A DNA stretch of 64,000 nucleotides from Thermoproteota archaeon. GTDB taxonomy: Archaea; Korarchaeota; JAOZGF01; JAOZFZ01. The stretch is taken from assembly GCA_027492035.1 (NCBI GenBank), contig JAOZFT010000001.1:1-64000 (forward strand), given 5' to 3'. The first letter of the stretch is position 1. Every line of letters begins with the position of its first letter. Of this stretch, positions 9,530 through 19,174 are shown in pieces. Below the pieces are notes generated by a model that saw only the letters and a program-made list of their open reading frames with translations, was not told the origin of the DNA and searched no databases. The position numbers and the translations under genes were made by a program.

Positions 9530-11329
9530 GTGGAAAAAGTGATGCCTATGCTTCTTCTGAAAAAGAAAAAAGTTGTTAATTCTTTATTAACAATAACAAT
9601 TGTTTTCTCTGTTTACTTCTTTGTCTTTGCTGCATCTCCTGTGGCTTCACAAAACAGCAAAATTTATTATGTGTCCCCAACAGGCAATAATTCCAACCCA
9701 GGTACAAGAGATAAACCGTGGGCTACTCCTGGCTACGCCTGTAGACAATTGAAACCAGGTGACACTTTAATAATACTAGGAGGAAAATATCATTTAAGCC
9801 AATATCCCGACGACATATTGATGCCTCCATCAGGAACAGAAAACGCCTGGGTAACCATAAAGGGGGAGGAAGGAAATAGGCCTGTTCTTGCCGGTAGCGA
9901 AAACCTTTTGACAGCTATTGATATTTCAGGTAAAAGCTACATAAGAATAGAGAATCTCGAAATAACAAGTGATAACGGAGCCCAATTTAGAGATGGAATA
10001 GAAGCTCTCGGCGGCCCAGTAAACCATATTATACTGAAGAATCTTTATATTCACCATATAGATGAAATGGGGATAAACATAGGCGACGCTAATGACTTAC
10101 AAATAATTAACTGTTCAATCACTTATTGCGGATTCGGTTCAATAGGAGGACCTGCAGGGAAACATGGAGGCTGGAGAAACGTAGTTATAAGACATTGCTA
10201 CTTAGCATATGCAGGTCATTATTATCAAGGAGGGCCAGGGCCCTCAATTTATGAAAGACCTGACGGTTTCGGAATAGAACCGTCTACAGGGCCTATTGAA
10301 ATTTCTTACACAGTTTCTGAACATAATAGGGGCGACGGCCTTGACTCAAAAGCAGAGAACACCCATATCTATAACTGCATAGTTGCAAACAATAAATGCG
10401 ATGGCGTTAAGTTATGGGGAAGTGGAAGTAAAGTGGAAAACACCCTCATATACGGCAGAGGGGACGGTGACACCCAAACCACGCCGTGGTCACCAATAGT
10501 AATCAGCACTGAAAAAAGTAACGCCAAATTTGAAATTGTGAGTGTAACTGTGGATGATTTTGTTGGCAATAATTACATAATGCATGCACAATATGACCAT
10601 CCGGAAATACCTATAACTCTTACAATAAAAAACTCTATTTTTTGCGGTAGAGGACCTGACTCCCCTATCTTTTTATCTGCATCCGTTAAACTTGCTTTAG
10701 AAAACAATTTATTTTATTTTCCTAAGAGCCCTTTCGTGTTAGCTTACGGCGATAAAACTTACGACCCTTCTCAAATTTCTCAATTAGGTTCAGGAAACAT
10801 TTACGGGAACCCCCTTTTTGTTTCCCCAGCATTTGGGACAGTTGGGGATTACCACTTAAAACCTGAAAGCCCTGCAATAGATGTTGGTGCATCTACTGTT
10901 CCTAACTTTGATTTAGATGGGGGAAAAAGACCGGTGGGTTCAGGGTATGACATAGGGGCGTATGAATACGGTTCAAAACCAGGAGAAATAACCCCTCCCC
11001 CTGTTTCCCTTCCCCCAAGCCCAACTCAAACCCGTCCATCACCCACTGTTTCACCTGTTTCTGTAACACCTTCAACCCCTACTTCACCCACCCCTTCTCC
11101 AGCTGCAACTGTTTCCTCTTTCCCAACATTAGCTGTAGTTGTTTTGGTGGTTGTAGCAGCTGCGGCGGCAATATTTTTCCTGAAAACTAGGGGTGAAAAG
11201 TATCAGCCACCCGCCAAAGAAACTCCTCCAGCTATTTCTAGTGAAACCTTCAAATACTGCCCCTTCTGCGGTGCACCTGTTAAACCAGGGGACATTTACT
11301 GTACAAACTGCGGCAGAAAACTGAAATAA
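9530..11329 (+). CDS. Secreted, membrane-anchored right-handed beta-helix protein with P/T/S linker, TM helix and cytoplasmic zinc ribbon
   Basis: Signal peptide; YYVSPTG..SNPGT..KPWAT start; beta-helix repeats; DYHLKPESPAIDVG...DIGAYEY; Pro/Thr/Ser linker; TM; CPFC..CTNC tail. Confidence 0.8.
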   Translation: MEKVMPMLLLKKKKVVNSLLTITIVFSVYFFVFAASPVASQNSKIYYVSPTGNNSNPGTRDKPWATPGYACRQLKPGDTLIILGGKYHLSQYPDDILMPPSGTENAWVTIKGEEGNRPVLAGSENLLTAIDISGKSYIRIENLEITSDNGAQFRDGIEALGGPVNHIILKNLYIHHIDEMGINIGDANDLQIINCSITYCGFGSIGGPAGKHGGWRNVVIRHCYLAYAGHYYQGGPGPSIYERPDGFGIEPSTGPIEISYTVSEHNRGDGLDSKAENTHIYNCIVANNKCDGVKLWGSGSKVENTLIYGRGDGDTQTTPWSPIVISTEKSNAKFEIVSVTVDDFVGNNYIMHAQYDHPEIPITLTIKNSIFCGRGPDSPIFLSASVKLALENNLFYFPKSPFVLAYGDKTYDPSQISQLGSGNIYGNPLFVSPAFGTVGDYHLKPESPAIDVGASTVPNFDLDGGKRPVGSGYDIGAYEYGSKPGEITPPPVSLPPSPTQTRPSPTVSPVSVTPSTPTSPTPSPAATVSSFPTLAVVVLVVVAAAAAIFFLKTRGEKYQPPAKETPPAISSETFKYCPFCGAPVKPGDIYCTNCGRKLK

Positions 11330-11678
11330 CCCTTCTTCCTCTTTTTTCTTAAACTTTCTACTTTGTTTTAAACTTGTTCCTTCCTCACTTCACTACTAAC
11401 CCTATTTAATAAAAGCCTTCACCAGTTTTCTTTTTTTATTTATAGTCCCTTTTGTTTGAGTAGTCTTTCTACTTAGAAAACAGGCTTGATATTTCGGTAA
11501 AGCAAACCCGTTCTCTTCCTTTTTCGCTTGTTTTACTGTTTAAAATTAAAAAATAAAAAGGAGCATCCCTTTCTTCGAGGTTTTCATTTCATATTTTTAA
11601 AAATTTTTTAAAAGAGTTAAATGTGAAAAAAGTTTTCATAGGTTAGTAAAAAAGTGAAGTAAAAGGTGGACAGCAAAA

Positions 11679-12554
11679 ATGAAATTTAACGAGGATAAAT
11701 TAGTGAAGGTAGCTGTTTTAGGAACAGTTTCTCACCCAGCACTTGCAGAACCTCCCTACAAAGTAAACCCTGAAGGGGAAATAATTATTTCTCCTTCAGT
11801 AGGAGGAATAAGGTATAACTTTAGAGTGGGGGATTTGGCAACTGGTTTAGTGGCAGACCATGTTGAACCAGGTGTAAGCATAAAAAACTTCGACAAAAGA
11901 CAAGAACATAACAATGCATTAAATATTTTATCTTGCGTAGGGAACAAAGCAAAAATTGTTTCTGGTGAAGCTAAAGGATCTGAGGGAGTAGTTACTGGTA
12001 AACACGGAGGAATTGAACATGTACTTGTAGACTTTAACCCTGAAACCCTTGAAAAAATAGTTATAGGGGATAAAGTTCAAGTAAAGGCTTTTGGGCAGGG
12101 ATTAAAAATACTTGACTACCCAGAGGTCAAAGTAATGAACATTGACCCGGGAGCCTTTAAAAAATTAGGCATAAAAGAAGAGGGAGAGAATTTAGTTGTT
12201 CCGGTAACGCATCAAATACCTGCTAAAATAATGGGTTCAGGCTTGGGACGTGTCCATGTTTACCGTGGAGACTACGACATCCAATTGTTCGATGAAGGAA
12301 TAAAAAGGAAATATAACCTTGGAAATTTAAGGATAGGGGACTTAGTAGCTATAATAAACGCTGACCATAGTTTTGGAAGAATATACAAGGAAGGGGCAAT
12401 ATCTGTAGGAGTTGTTGTTCACAGTGACTGCGTCTTAGCTGGTCACGGTCCAGGAGTAATGACCATACTTACCTCAAAGAAGGGAAAAATAAAACCTGTA
12501 CTAGATGAAAAGGCGAATATAGCGATAAAGCTAGGGATAAGAAAAGACATCTAA
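11679..12554 (+). CDS. DUF4438 family protein
   Basis: Conserved ADHVEPGVS, GKHGGIEHV, GDYDI, HSDC..AGHGPG motifs. Confidence 0.8.
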   Translation: MKFNEDKLVKVAVLGTVSHPALAEPPYKVNPEGEIIISPSVGGIRYNFRVGDLATGLVADHVEPGVSIKNFDKRQEHNNALNILSCVGNKAKIVSGEAKGSEGVVTGKHGGIEHVLVDFNPETLEKIVIGDKVQVKAFGQGLKILDYPEVKVMNIDPGAFKKLGIKEEGENLVVPVTHQIPAKIMGSGLGRVHVYRGDYDIQLFDEGIKRKYNLGNLRIGDLVAIINADHSFGRIYKEGAISVGVVVHSDCVLAGHGPGVMTILTSKKGKIKPVLDEKANIAIKLGIRKDI

Positions 12555-12720
12555 AGCTTCACCATTCTAGAGATTCCCTGATGCCGACGACCGAAAGTCT
12601 TTCGCCTTTTTTTCTTGAGTAATGTTTCAACTCTTATTGAAATTATTAACTTCGTTGCTCCTTTAGAAGCTTCCTGTAAACTCTGGAATCACCTTTGCTA
12701 CCCTTAAGGTTGAGGCGTTT

Positions 12721-12809
12721 TATAAGTTACTTATATTTTTCTAAAAATTTTTAATATAAATATTTTACACTTTTCCGAAGTAAGTTCCTTAAAAGATAAC
12801 TTACTTAAC
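12721..12809 (+). promoter_or_regulatory. Three related 15-bp palindromic boxes upstream of the thiamine salvage operon (candidate ThiR-type operators)
   Basis: TATAAGTTACTTATA (12721-35), AGTAAGTTCCTTAAA (12779-93), GATAACTTACTTAAC (12795-809). Confidence 0.5.
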
Positions 12810-12846
12810 TTTCCCCTCAAAAAAGGGGGGGATATGTTGGAAAAAG

Positions 12847-14169
12847 TTGGATAAAGGGAAGGAGGCTGCTTACATGGTTTTAAAAATAAAAAAGCCGCAG
12901 GAATGGGGAATTAATCCTGTACCTGAAGAAAAGAAAACCCTGAATTCCCTTGATTTTTTTGTTCTTTGGTCGAGTTTAGGGGTTGGGTTACTTGTCTTAT
13001 TAGCAGGTTCACTGCTTGTTCCAGGTTTAGGTTTCGTTATGGCTGCAGTTTCAATTTTAGTTGGTTCAGCTATAGGTTGTTTACTTCTGGCTTTAACCGG
13101 TGTGATAGGCAGTGAAAACAGTGTTCCAACTATGGTTTTGCTACGTCCCTCTTTGGGGATAAGAGGGTCTTATCTTCCCTCGGTACTGAACATTATTCAA
13201 TTGATAGGATGGACTGCTTTCGAGTTCACAATAATGGCTGAAGCTGCAAACCATATTTCAAGTGTTTACTTAAATTTTTCAAATTATTACCTTTGGCTGG
13301 TGTTCTTCACTGTTTGGTGTGTATTACTTGCATTGGGGGGGCCTTTGGTTGTAGTTAGGCAGTGGATTGAAAAATTCGCTATATGGCTTGTTTTCGGTGC
13401 AACAGTTTGGATAACTTACTTTTTGTTGACAAGTTTCCCAGGGGACATTTTATCTTTTAGAGGGACGGGGGAACTGCCTTTCTCTTTAGCTGTGGATTTA
13501 GTTGTTGCAATGCCTATTTCCTGGCTTCCTTTAGTTGCTGACTACAACAGATTCGGGAAGGATTCTAAATCCTCATTTACAGGAACATTCACCGGTTACT
13601 TTTTAGCTAATGTTTGGTTTTATGTCTTGGGCGCCATCTCTATTTTAGCAATTAAAACACAGGACCTTATTTCAGCCATTCTTTCCATCACTTTGGGAGG
13701 GTTTGCTTTAGTAGCTATTCTCGTGGATGAAACAGACAACGCCTTTGCTGACATTTACTCTTCAGCAGTATCTCTTCAAAACGTAATTGCGAAAGTTAAG
13801 CAGTGGAAACTTGTTTTAATTGTAGGGACCATAAGTTTCTTTTTAGCAGCTACTGTTCAAATAGCTCAATATGAATGGTTCCTTCTTTGGATAGGGTCAG
13901 TTTTTGTTCCATTGTTCGGTGTAGTAGCTGGAGATTATTTCCTTCTCAGAAAAAGAAAGTATTTAACTGAAGAACTTTACCGTTTAAGGGGGAGGTACTG
14001 GTACTGGAAAGGAGTAAACTTGATAGCTTTATTTTCATGGTTAACAGGTGTAATTGTTTACTACGTAATTGTTTCCTTTATTGCTTGGTTAGGTGCATCA
14101 ATTCCAAGCTTTCTTGTTTCATTAGTAATTTACTTTGCAGTTTCTAAAATAAAGGAGGTGAAAGGTTGA
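12847..14169 (+). CDS. cytX: Putative hydroxymethylpyrimidine transporter CytX (NCS1 family)
   Basis: About 12 [26 protein letters not shown]; likely start ATG 12874 after GGAGG; coupled to thiDN. Confidence 0.85.
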   Translation: MDKGKEAAYMVLKIKKPQEWGINPVPEEKKTLNSLDFFVLWSSLGVGLLVLLAGSLLVPGLGFVMAAVSILVGSAIGCLLLALTGVIGSENSVPTMVLLRPSLGIRGSYLPSVLNIIQLIGWTAFEFTIMAEAANHISSVYLNFSNYYLWLVFFTVWCVLLALGGPLVVVRQWIEKFAIWLVFGATVWITYFLLTSFPGDILSFRGTGELPFSLAVDLVVAMPISWLPLVADYNRFGKDSKSSFTGTFTGYFLANVWFYVLGAISILAIKTQDLISAILSITLGGFALVAILVDETDNAFADIYSSAVSLQNVIAKVKQWKLVLIVGTISFFLAATVQIAQYEWFLLWIGSVFVPLFGVVAGDYFLLRKRKYLTEELYRLRGRYWYWKGVNLIALFSWLTGVIVYYVIVSFIAWLGASIPSFLVSLVIYFAVSKIKEVKG

Positions 14170-15539
14170 TGAAGAACTCCATACCTAAAGCTTTAACTAT
14201 TGCTGGTTCAGATTCAGGTGGTGGAGCCGGTATCCAAGCTGATCTAAAAACTTTCGCGGCTTTAAAAGTACATGGAATGGCTGCAGTTACTTCAATAACT
14301 GCTCAAAACACTTTCGAAGTAATTGGAGTTTATGACGTCTCTCCTCAAATGATTCAGAAACAAATAGATGCTGTAGTTAGAGATTTAGGTGTGGACGCAG
14401 CTAAGACAGGTATGCTCCACACTCAAGAAATAATAAGGGCGGTAAGTGAGAAAATAGAAGAATACAAGTTCCCTGTTGTAGTGGATCCTGTGATGGTGGC
14501 TAAAAGTGGAGCTAAACTCCTTAAACCTGATGCGTTAGAGGCTTTAACTAAATATTTAATTCCTTTAGCGAAAATCGTAACCCCAAACGCCATGGAAGCT
14601 TCTGTTTTAACTGAACTGAAAATAACCAATGTGGAAGAAGCAAAAAAAGCAGCCTTAAAAATAATAGATCTAGGCCCTGAAGCAGTAGTGGTTAAAGGCA
14701 GCCATTTAAAAGCTGAAAAAAAATCAATTGACGTGTTATACTTTGACGGAGAATTTCATCTTTTTGAAACTGAAAGAATAAACACAAACACAAACCACGG
14801 CACAGGATGCAGCTTCTCAGCAGCTATAGCTGCCGAACTTGCAAAAAAGAGGGGGGTGGTGGAAGCTGTAAATACAGCTAAAAAACTCGTAACTGCAGCC
14901 ATCAGGTTCGGTTTAGAAATAGGGCATGGCCATGGCCCAGTAAACCCTTTAGTTCACCTTTACAAGGAAGCAGAGAAATATAAAATTTGGAGACTTGTTA
15001 AGGAATCTGTCAAAATACTTGAAAAACACCCCGAAATAAGTTCTTTCGTCCCTGAAGTGGGTTTAAACCTGGCAATGGCTTTAGAGTATTCAGAAAACTC
15101 GTCAGACATAGTTGCTGTACCTGGTAGGTTAAGGGATGTGGAAGGAGAAATTAAAGCAGCTGCATGTCCAGAATTCAAAACTTCAAAGCATTTATCTAAC
15201 TACATCCTTACAGCTAGGGAACATGATGAAAAAGTAAGGGCAGCTGTAAACATTAAGTATTCACAGGAGATCTTGTCTGCCTTGGAAAAACTAGGTTTAA
15301 AAATTTCATGTTACGACAGATCGAAGGAACCTGAGGAGGTGAAAAACAAAGAGGGAATGTCTGTTCCATGGGGGGTTAAACAAATAATTAAGGAAACAGG
15401 GGGGGTGCCAGATGTTATCTACCATAAAGGGGACATAGGTAAAGAACCAATGATTGTGTTGTTAGGGAGAAACCCTGTTGAACTGGTTGAAAAACTATTG
15501 GCAGCCTCTAAAGTTTTGGTGGGTGGAAGTGAAAACTGA
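14166..15539 (+). CDS. thiD: Bifunctional HMP/HMP-P kinase and thiamine-phosphate synthase ThiDN
   Basis: [17 protein letters not shown] and HGTGC; C-terminal ThiN domain with VPEVGLN and GDIGKEPM. Confidence 0.93.
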   Translation: MMKNSIPKALTIAGSDSGGGAGIQADLKTFAALKVHGMAAVTSITAQNTFEVIGVYDVSPQMIQKQIDAVVRDLGVDAAKTGMLHTQEIIRAVSEKIEEYKFPVVVDPVMVAKSGAKLLKPDALEALTKYLIPLAKIVTPNAMEASVLTELKITNVEEAKKAALKIIDLGPEAVVVKGSHLKAEKKSIDVLYFDGEFHLFETERINTNTNHGTGCSFSAAIAAELAKKRGVVEAVNTAKKLVTAAIRFGLEIGHGHGPVNPLVHLYKEAEKYKIWRLVKESVKILEKHPEISSFVPEVGLNLAMALEYSENSSDIVAVPGRLRDVEGEIKAAACPEFKTSKHLSNYILTAREHDEKVRAAVNIKYSQEILSALEKLGLKISCYDRSKEPEEVKNKEGMSVPWGVKQIIKETGGVPDVIYHKGDIGKEPMIVLLGRNPVELVEKLLAASKVLVGGSEN

Positions 15540-16062
15540 AAGGAAGCCATCAATTAAACAATTATCTTTTTCAATAATTTTAACAGCTTTAGGTGTGGTT
15601 TTGGCCTCTTTCCTCTGGTTTCCTTTCTTTACAACAAAATGTTTCCCGGGTCAACACTTAATAAACGCTCTTTCGGGGGTTTTACTTGGTCCAGTATGGG
15701 CTCTAATAATTTCTTTACTTATAGGGTTAATAAGGATGGGTTTAGGTGTAGGGACAATTTACTCAATACCGGGAGGTGTGCCAGGGGGTTTAGTAGTTAG
15801 TTTCTTTTACTACTTGTTAAAGAAAACAGGAACAAAACACTTGGAAATAGCAGCCTTCACTGAACCAATAGGAACTGTGCTTATAGGTGGAACGCTTACT
15901 GTTTATTTATTTGCTCCATTGATAGGAGACATGAGAATAATTGGTGCATTGCTGCCTATCTGGCTTGCTTTCGCAGTTAGTTCAATACCTGGAAGCATTA
16001 TCGGCTTCATTGTCTTGGAGGCTCTTAAACGTGAAAAAATCACTAGAGAAACCTTTAAGTGA
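15478..16062 (+). CDS. thiW: ECF-type thiazole transporter S component ThiW
   Basis: FPGQHLINALSGVLLGP and EPIGT motifs; likely start GTG 15529. Confidence 0.85.
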   Translation: MNWLKNYWQPLKFWWVEVKTERKPSIKQLSFSIILTALGVVLASFLWFPFFTTKCFPGQHLINALSGVLLGPVWALIISLLIGLIRMGLGVGTIYSIPGGVPGGLVVSFFYYLLKKTGTKHLEIAAFTEPIGTVLIGGTLTVYLFAPLIGDMRIIGALLPIWLAFAVSSIPGSIIGFIVLEALKREKITRETFK

Positions 16063-16633
16063 ACTCTTAACCAGCATCAGTTTTTTTTTAGGTAAAAAAA
16101 CCCTTATTACAGGTGAAGTGGGGACTGGCAAAACTAAATTGACAGCTGACTTAACAAAAAAACTCGTTGAACTCGGTCTATCAAGAAAAATAACGGTTAT
16201 AGATATTGCCCCAGACACTTTTGAAAAGGATGGTGTAAAGGTAGGAGGTAAATTAAGGCAATACCTTAAGGAAATAACTAATGTGAGGACTTTAATCCCG
16301 AAAAAAGTTTATGCGCCTAGATTAACAGCTAAAAACAAGAAAGAATTAATAAAAATGGTGGAAAAGAATAAGGAGTTGATTAAGCCTGTTCTTAACAAGT
16401 TCCTGCTTAAACCTACTGAAATATTGATAATTAACGATTTATCTATTTATCTCCAAACAGGAGACTTTGAAACAGTTGAAAAAATTGTCTTTGAACCTAA
16501 AACGTTCATAGCGAACGCTTACTTAGGTGAATACCTGAACAAAGATTTCAGTTCAGGAATTTCAAGACTTGAAAGGAAGTTAGTGAATAAGTTAATGGAG
16601 AAAGTTGATATACACTTATCATTAAACCCTTGA
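16031..16633 (+). CDS. Uncharacterised P-loop NTPase
   Basis: Walker A GEVGTGKT, hhhhD (LIINDLS); in-frame GTG at 16031 with GGAGG upstream (ORF track start 15941). Confidence 0.65.
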   Translation: MKKSLEKPLSELLTSISFFLGKKTLITGEVGTGKTKLTADLTKKLVELGLSRKITVIDIAPDTFEKDGVKVGGKLRQYLKEITNVRTLIPKKVYAPRLTAKNKKELIKMVEKNKELIKPVLNKFLLKPTEILIINDLSIYLQTGDFETVEKIVFEPKTFIANAYLGEYLNKDFSSGISRLERKLVNKLMEKVDIHLSLNP

Positions 16634-16714
16634 AAAAAAAGTTTACATCTAAGCATGAAAGGTAGAGCTGTCAAAACCTCTTTTCCAACAATTAACGAAG
16701 ACACAGTCTCTTAC

Positions 16715-19174
16715 CTACTTTCCTCTTTGTTGAATTTCCAGTTTACTGTTTCCTCCTTCCTTAAACACTTTTACATGGGTTTGAAACAAGGGGTTATTTT
16801 CAATATCCTCTAAGTGGGAAATAACCAAAACTTTTTCATACTGGTCACTTATTTCTTTCAAGGCTGCCAGAACACTTTCCCTGAATTCTCTGCTTAAAGG
16901 ACCGAAGCCTTCATCTATTATCAGGAACTTCGGCGGATTTATCCCTTTCAGAAGCGACAAAGTATTTATTATCCCTAACCTTAAAGCAAACCCTATAAGT
17001 ACTGTTTCACCCCCTGAATAGGTGGTTATGTCCCTTGCGTAAGTTTGGTCGATAACCAGGATCTTAACATTTCCGTTTTCATCTATTTCTATCTTTAGGT
17101 CTTTGTCGTCAAGAAACTGTGTCAAGTATTTCCTCGAATAAGTTTCAACATGAGAAAGATAAGTTTTTAACAAGTGGAGAGGCAGTCCCTTGTCGTGAAA
17201 AATTTGTCTGTACAGAATTTTGTATGCTTCCTTTTCCTTTTCCAACTTTAAAAACTTTTTTTTCTCTTTCAAAAGCTGCGTTTCAAGTTCATTTATTTTT
17301 TGCATTTCCTTCTGTAAACTGTTTTTCTTCTCTTGCAGAGTTTTTATTTCTCCATATATTTCTTTATTCTTCTCTGTTAACTCTTCCTCCTCCCTCCTTA
17401 TTTTTTCAAGTTCCTCCTTTAAAGTAGACAACTTCTTTTCTTCCCCTCTAACTTTTTCTTCGTCGACCTTTTTTGAAAGGGTTTCTATTGCTTGATTAAG
17501 TCTTTCAATGTTTTTTTGTAAAGCTCTTAATTCGCCTTCTGCTTTGTTTATTTCCTCATTTCTTTTCCGGAAATTGATTAGTTTTTCATTTAATTCGTTT
17601 ATTTCTTGCTTTATCTCTTGAAGAGAGACTTCCTTGTGAAGAAGTTGCCTTTTCAATTCATTTATTTCCGAGACCAGTTTCTCTGTTTCTTCTTTAACCC
17701 TTTTGATTTCCTCTTCTCTGCCTTTAATTTCTTCTTCCTCCTCTTTTAATTTAGTGAATTCGAAACTTATTTTTTCAATTTCTGAAAAACGTTCCTTTAA
17801 CACCTTTAATTCTCTTTTTGATTTTTCCAGTTTATTTTTTAGCACCGCCTCCTCTTTCTTACATTTCTCCATTTCCCTCACAATACCTGTTTTAATTTCT
17901 TCTCCCTTCTCTTTTGGAAGGTGGGAACCGCATAAAGGGCATTTTCTTGTTTCTTCTGATTCTTCAAGCAATTTTAGGTTTTGTTCTAGTTGTAAAACAA
18001 ATCCTCGTAACTCGTTAATTTTTTCTTGAATTCTTTCTTTTTCCTCTTCCTTTTCAGAAATTTTTTCTTTTATTTCCTTCTCTTTCTTTATTTCTTCTTT
18101 TATTCCTTTTATTTTACGTTTAATTGTTTCTAATTTGTTTTTTTCTTTTTCAAAAGTTTCAAGCAATTTCTGGTTGGCTTTCATAATTTCTTCTTTACTT
18201 TTTAATTCAGTAATTGCCCCATACTGTTTATTTAGTTTCTTTTCCCTTTCTTCTAAAGCTTTAATCTCAGTTTTCACTTTTTCTCTTTGTTCTAACACAT
18301 TTTTCAATTCTTTAATTCGTTTTTCCAGTTCATTCCTTTCTTTTTCGTTCTTTTCTAATTGGTTAAGCAGGTTTTTCAAGTTATGAACTTCTGAACTTAG
18401 TTTTTCATATTTAGTTTGTTTATCTAAGACTTCTTCCCTTTTCTTAGCTAATTCCTTTTCAATTTCCTTGATTTCAAACAATTTAGTATGTAGTTTCTGT
18501 TTCAGTTTCTTCATTTCTTCTTCAATTTCACTTTTCTTTCCTATTTCTTCCTCCATTTCTTTTATTTTCTTTTCTTTTTCCTGTAACGTGTTTTGGAGTG
18601 ACTTAAACCTGTCCCCAGCTTCCTCTTTTTCTTTCTTGAAAGATATTCCGAAAACTCTAAGGAATATATCCCTTCTTTCACTTGGTTGAAAATCTTTACT
18701 TATTAGTTCAGCTACTTCTCCTTGTCTCACAATGTTTGTCTGTTTAAAGGATCGGAAATCTAACCCTGTTATTTTCTCTATTTCTTTATCTACTGCTTTG
18801 ACGGAGTCAGCTACCAGTTTCAATCTGCCTGTATCCTTTATTTCGAAAAGCTGAGCTGTTGAAGGTTTATTTTTTATGCTGTAAATCTTTCTAACTACTT
18901 TATACCTTCTCTTGTTTACTTCGAAGTAAAGGTCAACCTTCGTTGCAACTTGGTTTGGAGGTATTAATTCCTTAGCGAAACTTTTGTCAAGTTGGCCGTA
19001 GGCTCTTCCAAACAATGCAAAGGTTACAGCGTCTATGAAGAAGGTTGTTTTACCGGCGCCTGTGGGCCCCTGAATAAAGACAGTTTTACCCACATTTTCT
19101 AAGTTAAATTCCTCCCTTTTAAACGTTGCTAAGTTCTCAACCCCTATTTTTTCAATAAACATCTCATAATTCAT
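16715..19174 (-). CDS. rad50: Rad50/SbcC ATPase
   Basis: Walker A GPTGAGKTT, Q-loop RQGE, coiled coils, central CPLC zinc hook, YSGGE signature, IIDEGFG. Confidence 0.93.
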   Translation of the reverse strand: MNYEMFIEKIGVENLATFKREEFNLENVGKTVFIQGPTGAGKTTFFIDAVTFALFGRAYGQLDKSFAKELIPPNQVATKVDLYFEVNKRRYKVVRKIYSIKNKPSTAQLFEIKDTGRLKLVADSVKAVDKEIEKITGLDFRSFKQTNIVRQGEVAELISKDFQPSERRDIFLRVFGISFKKEKEEAGDRFKSLQNTLQEKEKKIKEMEEEIGKKSEIEEEMKKLKQKLHTKLFEIKEIEKELAKKREEVLDKQTKYEKLSSEVHNLKNLLNQLEKNEKERNELEKRIKELKNVLEQREKVKTEIKALEEREKKLNKQYGAITELKSKEEIMKANQKLLETFEKEKNKLETIKRKIKGIKEEIKKEKEIKEKISEKEEEKERIQEKINELRGFVLQLEQNLKLLEESEETRKCPLCGSHLPKEKGEEIKTGIVREMEKCKKEEAVLKNKLEKSKRELKVLKERFSEIEKISFEFTKLKEEEEEIKGREEEIKRVKEETEKLVSEINELKRQLLHKEVSLQEIKQEINELNEKLINFRKRNEEINKAEGELRALQKNIERLNQAIETLSKKVDEEKVRGEEKKLSTLKEELEKIRREEEELTEKNKEIYGEIKTLQEKKNSLQKEMQKINELETQLLKEKKKFLKLEKEKEAYKILYRQIFHDKGLPLHLLKTYLSHVETYSRKYLTQFLDDKDLKIEIDENGNVKILVIDQTYARDITTYSGGETVLIGFALRLGIINTLSLLKGINPPKFLIIDEGFGPLSREFRESVLAALKEISDQYEKVLVISHLEDIENNPLFQTHVKVFKEGGNSKLEIQQRGK

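Noticed and set aside
10990-11110. Repeat-like C-rich tracts (also 6635-6700 and 54690-54845)
   Set aside because: They encode Pro/Thr/Ser linkers and are not DNA-level tandem or CRISPR repeats
12555-12720. TPP riboswitch or hammerhead (CTGATGC...CGAAA) upstream of cytX
   Set aside because: Lacks the CUGAGA and ACCUGA..AGGGA TPP cores; the hammerhead core needs CUGAUGA and flanking stems, which are absent
17119-18689. Plus-strand Ser/Phe-rich ORFs and apparent low-complexity repeats
   Set aside because: Antisense shadows of the Glu/Lys-rich Rad50 coiled coil; the same applies to most short antisense ORFs in the track
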